A stretch of DNA of 64,000 nucleotides, taken from Cyanophora paradoxa CCMP329. Taxonomy: Eukaryota > Plantae > Glaucophyta. The stretch is from positions 124,001 through 188,000 of the forward strand of contig QPMI01000601.1 in the NCBI GenBank assembly GCA_004431415.1. Direction: 5' to 3'. The notes under the pieces are model-generated. The model worked only from the letters and a program-made list of their open reading frames with translations, searched no databases and was not told the DNA's origin. The position numbers and the translations under genes are program-made. Positions 60,601 to 64,000 of the stretch are shown here, piece after piece (position 1 is the first letter of the stretch; the number at the start of each line of letters is the position of its first letter).

Positions 60601-61786
60601 GGAATTGAAAAAGGAGTGGAGCGAAGTTGACATGGTCGATGTGAAGACTATCTACAAGTCACTACATCTGAATATCGACCCCGAGAAGATGAATGACAAC
60701 GTAGGTAAACAGGTTACCGATTTATCCAAGTATCAATGCTTTGTAATCGATGAGGTTTACCAGTTCCAGATTCGCGAATTGGAGGCGTTGAGAGACATTA
60801 TGACTATCCATTTTCCGGATAAGTTATACATCGTTACGGGTGACCCATTCCAGATTCCACCGATTCAATTTATCGATATCGACCATCGCGACTACTACAA
60901 CAAGATCTTTGACCGGTTGTTTAAGAATGAGGTTTACCTACAAGTCGGAAAGCGACACAAAGACCCCGAAGATCAGGTTAAAATAGATCAATTGAAACAT
61001 GATCTATTCGTTACAAAAATGCGTGTTCCGGAGGCAGCGGCGCGGTTGGGTCTTGCAGTTGTGAATGAAATGGAAAAAGGCGACATTTCCATAGTTCAAT
61101 CTAACCGCAAGTCCGCGCAAGTGAATAATGAAATGCACAGGATGCTTTACGGTGTTGACATGGTTTATAAGGAAGGCGTGCATTTGATTGCAAAGTATCA
61201 AATCACAACAAATGAGGGTATCATTTATCGCGGATTTGAATATGAAGTAATCAAATACGAACCCGAAAAGGTTCTTACGCTAAAAGACATCGACAGCGAA
61301 GAAATCTATAATGCGAAGCCCGAAGACATCAAATATTTCGCATTATCTCATGGTTTCACTTGTTACAGCATTCAGGGCGACACTATCAGAGATAAACGCG
61401 TAGTTGTCTATCAGTCGACCTCGCCATACATGACCGCTGAGAGTTTCTATGTTGCAGTGACGCGAACCGAAAGACTTTCTGACACTGTAATTTTCGTAGA
61501 TGAGGACGAGAGACGGAGAGTTGGTATGGAGAAGGCAGAGTTTGCCGTTAAAATCAGATCACACAAGGCAGAAGACAAGAAGTGTAACCGTGAGTTTGAC
61601 GCAGCAGATTACGTCGATTGGGAATGGAAGGGTTACCGCTTTGGTAAGCAGCATGGACGCTGTGGAAGGTGTGGCGATATTATGGATCCGGAAGATGCAA
61701 CAGTAGACCGTTACAACAACGCAATCGCCCACATTAAGCCGAACTGTTTCTTATCTCATAATAGGTGTAATTGTGCAGCGCAGTAA
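57689..61786 (+). CDS. Replication polyprotein: basic N-terminus, vOTU-like domain, derived protein-primed PolB, SF1 (Pif1/RecD-like) helicase, HNH-like finger (1365 aa)
   Basis: DCLIEAL...NDHVY. LDISKAY / KDISNHNIGKFGK / IRTDE. GTGKT, VIDE, GDPFQIPP, SIQGDT, YVAVTR. CGRCG..TVDR.NN..AH.K.NC..SH.RCN. Confidence 0.88.
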   Translation: MFSFATVKNIIGSVVESISNLPGIRSIPFIGNAIKRIANDRFERVVKELEARKSEKKEKTKEEIREERKKRKQEKKEKRALRTIKNIQKQEGKKFKGKVRRLIRRIEAENGETVSVHVRFYTLPDDIDNLPQGYDVILHKDTPYVETQKSGKRALIMTCPKDVLIARLTEVEDEFNNFLAVWSLDTIAAFLLNIADRNANNRDYNYVRIFAYPQLRESPISYPDVMTIEEIVVSDNTTVYPLNERALRDGEAPKIVSRFIKYSLNGGAKSVLDQIKPDGSLIIKDCLIEALHQVIVKSFEYAHSISKYKKVKYSKEWLYEQIKGHAPTDTSDWGTSFNEILPFLQKWRIRFIAIGKDDKVIHSLCYKPTRTNSHLVPASVYVQISNDHVYVLNKDLSKLVRSFNGTAARETKAVGSSSLKYKIKTQFNDISYPAYSEEEIVEIVKREKENATSKITITYSKPLFELLGSFRRANHEVNATISDEGIVSYIHYKIEDKDVVILPPGNMVNMDDVDVNLRDEEHRKLFNEMSQMLNRALINKHVKSKYNPETFAAFTKGQQSALNGFFVTSNAELRELFEGVMCGAIDTYKLDISKAYTHIVSKLIKNFPVFSSFDRFEKVVVTCSDDIEADAFYSVKVRAKHFTVNRKDQLINNMSPYKRILVDSKYNLLYGGVLKEFYDDIRDDVIIEAVVRPYRVVKNVTLQAFKQLFASNLSIKEKKDISNHNIGKFGKKSQQKVQTTIFFNKNDALNFVRENGGKLRSLNFDSKKPKRTTVRNEAKTETPMLWYVNQLGEEKTLIDGFLPIQCQIYSIMRGVMYKLSKDLLANGVGVLRIRTDEFLIDKPYPFEPFDRDLFENTGKYDVKPFNVTPIISQESKKKRNNANGWITFDRLRQRDERFITVEKVNHKVFKFKDEYNVEAIVNAMDGKGNVIIRGVKPGTGKTTLAKAMTRKYGKNCLFIAPTNIRCKQLRMELKKEWSEVDMVDVKTIYKSLHLNIDPEKMNDNVGKQVTDLSKYQCFVIDEVYQFQIRELEALRDIMTIHFPDKLYIVTGDPFQIPPIQFIDIDHRDYYNKIFDRLFKNEVYLQVGKRHKDPEDQVKIDQLKHDLFVTKMRVPEAAARLGLAVVNEMEKGDISIVQSNRKSAQVNNEMHRMLYGVDMVYKEGVHLIAKYQITTNEGIIYRGFEYEVIKYEPEKVLTLKDIDSEEIYNAKPEDIKYFALSHGFTCYSIQGDTIRDKRVVVYQSTSPYMTAESFYVAVTRTERLSDTVIFVDEDERRRVGMEKAEFAVKIRSHKAEDKKCNREFDAADYVDWEWKGYRFGKQHGRCGRCGDIMDPEDATVDRYNNAIAHIKPNCFLSHNRCNCAAQ

Positions 61787-62853
61787 TGGATAACATATTA
61801 TCTTACAAGAAATACCGCCAGAAGTTGATAAACGATAAAGTGACATTTGATGAAGCAGAATTAAAGAAACGTTTTATAAATTCCGAAGTGCATCAGATAT
61901 TCAAGAAACCAAAGAAACCAAAGACATTTCTAAGAATTGTTGCTATGCCTTATTCCTTTCAGGTGGACATAATGAATTTTAAAGGATATCAAACCGCGAA
62001 TAATGGGATTTACAAGATGATAAGTTTTATTGATATATTGAGTCGGAAGGCTTTTGTGTATCCGTTTAAGAAAAATGAAGAAATCCGTAATATTTTGAAT
62101 AAGTTTAAGGTTGAGGCAGGTAAGGTTAATGGATTGGCGGGAGATCATGAGTTTAGCAGTGCGATGTATAAAGAATGGTGTGATGCTAACGGTGTGAGAT
62201 TATATACAGATGTGGCGAAAGATGACCATGTAACCGTTGGAAATAAGTTAGGAATTATTGACAGATTCACACGGACATTTAAGCAATATTTGAGGAAGGC
62301 GATGACATCAAAGGGAACCACAAAATGGATAGATTTAATAGGTGAAGTTCTTTCGATTTACAATGGTTCACCTCATAGTTCCTTAAAAGATGATTCACCC
62401 AATGCAGTATTTGCAAGTGATCAGAAACAGCTTTTTATACATCTACGTGATGTTGTGCATAACAAGCATGTGCAAGAGAAGGAAAAGAAGGATACAGTAA
62501 AACCGGGTGATACTGTGCGAGTGTTGGAAGGTAAAAAAAGTGCGTTTGAGAAAGAAGGCGCGCGATTCAGTCAGAAGGTCTATAAAGTCGGAAGATCTGA
62601 CGGGAATAGGTTTAAGGTGTTGGAGGATATGGACGGAGACGAGAAGGAGGTAAAGAGGCGCTTTAAGAAGCAAGAGTTACAGAAGGTGAGCGTGAAAGAT
62701 GTAATTAAGATACCGTCGCAAAAACGAATAGAACGAGTAAAAAAGGTAAATGCTGTGAATCAGAAGATGAAGAAGGAAGGGATTAAACCGAATCGAAAAG
62801 TAACCGTGAGGAAGAAGTATAATTTAAGAAGTAGTGCAAAGGGTGTAATGTGA
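61786..62853 (+). CDS. Retroviral-like (rve) integrase with SH3-like C-terminal domain (355 aa from ATG 61786)
   Basis: FQVDIM, FIDILSRKAFVYP, GDHEF, GIIDRFTRTFK, W.DLI......YN..PHSSL..SP, VKPGDTVRV. ATG overlaps the upstream stop (TAATG). Confidence 0.93.
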   Translation: MDNILSYKKYRQKLINDKVTFDEAELKKRFINSEVHQIFKKPKKPKTFLRIVAMPYSFQVDIMNFKGYQTANNGIYKMISFIDILSRKAFVYPFKKNEEIRNILNKFKVEAGKVNGLAGDHEFSSAMYKEWCDANGVRLYTDVAKDDHVTVGNKLGIIDRFTRTFKQYLRKAMTSKGTTKWIDLIGEVLSIYNGSPHSSLKDDSPNAVFASDQKQLFIHLRDVVHNKHVQEKEKKDTVKPGDTVRVLEGKKSAFEKEGARFSQKVYKVGRSDGNRFKVLEDMDGDEKEVKRRFKKQELQKVSVKDVIKIPSQKRIERVKKVNAVNQKMKKEGIKPNRKVTVRKKYNLRSSAKGVM

Positions 62854-63128
62854 ATCAATCGGAGATGTGGAAGTGTAACGGGTGTAACTGTGAATGGTTT
62901 AGTGGTTGTTGTTTTTTATGGATTCAATCGATTAAATGGGTATTTCATCGATTGTCCGATGGTGAATTGTCGGGAATCTCTCGATTGTTGTAGGTTTCAT
63001 CGGGAATCTCTCGATTAAATGGGTTTATTGGGTGGTGATATTTTCCGATTGTCGGGAATCGTAAAGTTGTTACTGAATGTCGTAAATAAAAGGCGCTAAA
63101 ATTTGGGTGTAATGCGCATATGTCATGT
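62841..63128 (-). repeat. Right terminal inverted repeat of PLV (288 bp)
   Basis: Exact reverse complement of 50276-50563. Confidence 0.97.
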
Positions 63129-64000
63129 GTAGCGCTAGCAGCACCGCGCGCGATGCTGACCATGACCAATCTGAAATTCGAAACGACCTCTCAGAGTCTC
63201 GACATTTTAGAAGCCCGCGGAAACAGCTGGCAGTTACGGCGCGTAGCGCCTGAAAACACGGCGAAATCTGGGTCGTTTTAGGTCGTTTTTCGCGTATACG
63301 AAAACGTACCCCCTGCTCACTACAGTGACTGAGTGAGTGGGACGCAAAAAGCTCACTCACAAAGTGAGCCCGCGGACCTCACTGGGCGCAGCCCTAGATA
63401 CGATCAACATCTGACTCAGTGAGGGAATTCGAAGCACATGTCCATCACTAACAAGCGCAGGACAGAACTGATCATGAACAAGATAAATCACAGGAAGCAG
63501 ACAGGTAAGCGGAACAACAAGACGACGTCGACGTGCACGTGGAGGCTGAGGCGAAACTTTTGAAACAGGCCTAGGACGATGCGAATCGAAAGGGCAGAAT
63601 TCGAACTACGGCACGAGCGCGAGGAGGACACAGAAGACGGATCAGGCGGATCAAGAGCAGGCCAGGCCTAGATCAAAGGAATCACTAAAGCCGGTCGGGG
63701 TCGACGTCGAGGCGGGCAGTCACGTTGCACACTGAGTCGAACTGCAAACGACGGCGAACGCGAACGACGTCGACAGGTCGAATACGAGGACTAGCGCTGG
63801 AATGAATTCTATAGCTAGCTATAGCATCAACACGTGCACTACGATCAGAATCCGAACCAGACCGAACTAAACTACAAGACGGAGAACTCGGAACGCCGGC
63901 GCCGGCGTCGGCGGGATACCGTAGTACGACCAGCGAAGCAGAATTCGAAGATGAAGCCAGCTGCAGATCTAGATCATAGGCGGCAGCTCGCGATCGGTAC

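Larger units (their letters stand above)
50276..63128. mobile_element. Endogenous Polinton-like virus, full length (12,853 bp including nested insertions)
   Basis: Identical 288-bp TIRs, 5-bp TSD GTAGC (50271-50275, 63129-63133), AT-rich intronless ORFs for ATPase, MCP, mCP, pPolB-helicase and rve integrase. Confidence 0.95.
50046..63396. mobile_element. hAT-type MITE (~490 bp: 50046-50275 plus 63134-63396) split by the PLV insertion
   Basis: TIRs TAGGGCTGGGTCCAGTGAG / CTCACTGGGCGCAGCCCTA (17/19 match). 8-bp TSD GATACGAT at 50038-50045 and 63397-63404. Subterminal CTCACT/AGTGAG repeats on both sides. Confidence 0.85.

Noticed and set aside
50276-63128. Classification as canonical Maverick/Polinton or Mavirus-type virophage
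   Set aside because: No maturation cysteine protease gene or canonical exonuclease-bearing pPolB seen. The TSD is 5 bp, and penton/MCP look PLV-type.

Overview
Eukaryotic genomic window. About 11.8-48 kb is a very GC-rich, gene-dense host region with many short introns, several of them GC-AG. An MSAF-type plastid transit peptide and the gene content suggest an alga, possibly a glaucophyte (inference). Recognisable host genes: TVP38/TMEM64 (VTT/DedA) protein, IQM-like protein, radical-SAM CofH (FO synthase subunit), an F-box/LRR-like protein, stand-alone mRNA guanylyltransferase, a plastid mTERF-like protein, a catalytically degenerate phospholipase C with an extra C2 domain, and an ankyrin/TRP-N-terminal-like protein. 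Main discovery: a complete AT-rich endogenous Polinton-like virus (PLV) at 50276-63128 with identical 288-bp TIRs and a 5-bp TSD (GTAGC). It encodes an A32 packaging ATPase, major and minor capsid proteins, a 1365-aa vOTU-like/pPolB/SF1-helicase/HNH-like fusion, an rve integrase and small accessory genes that share an upstream CAAAAAATGACG motif. The virus sits inside a hAT-type MITE (8-bp TSD) and carries two retro-insertions. One is a 975-bp LINE fragment with a 19-bp TSD that splits the capsid gene; the other is a 62-bp poly(A)-tailed insert in a DUF5710 gene. The window start (1-1326) looks like the terminus of a second AT-rich element with hairpin/iteron repeats. 2.4-11.5 kb holds a coiled-coil gene, two tandem beta-helix paralogues and a decayed non-LTR retroelement. 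Multi-exon gene boundaries are approximate, and all protein family calls come from visual motif recognition, not database searches.
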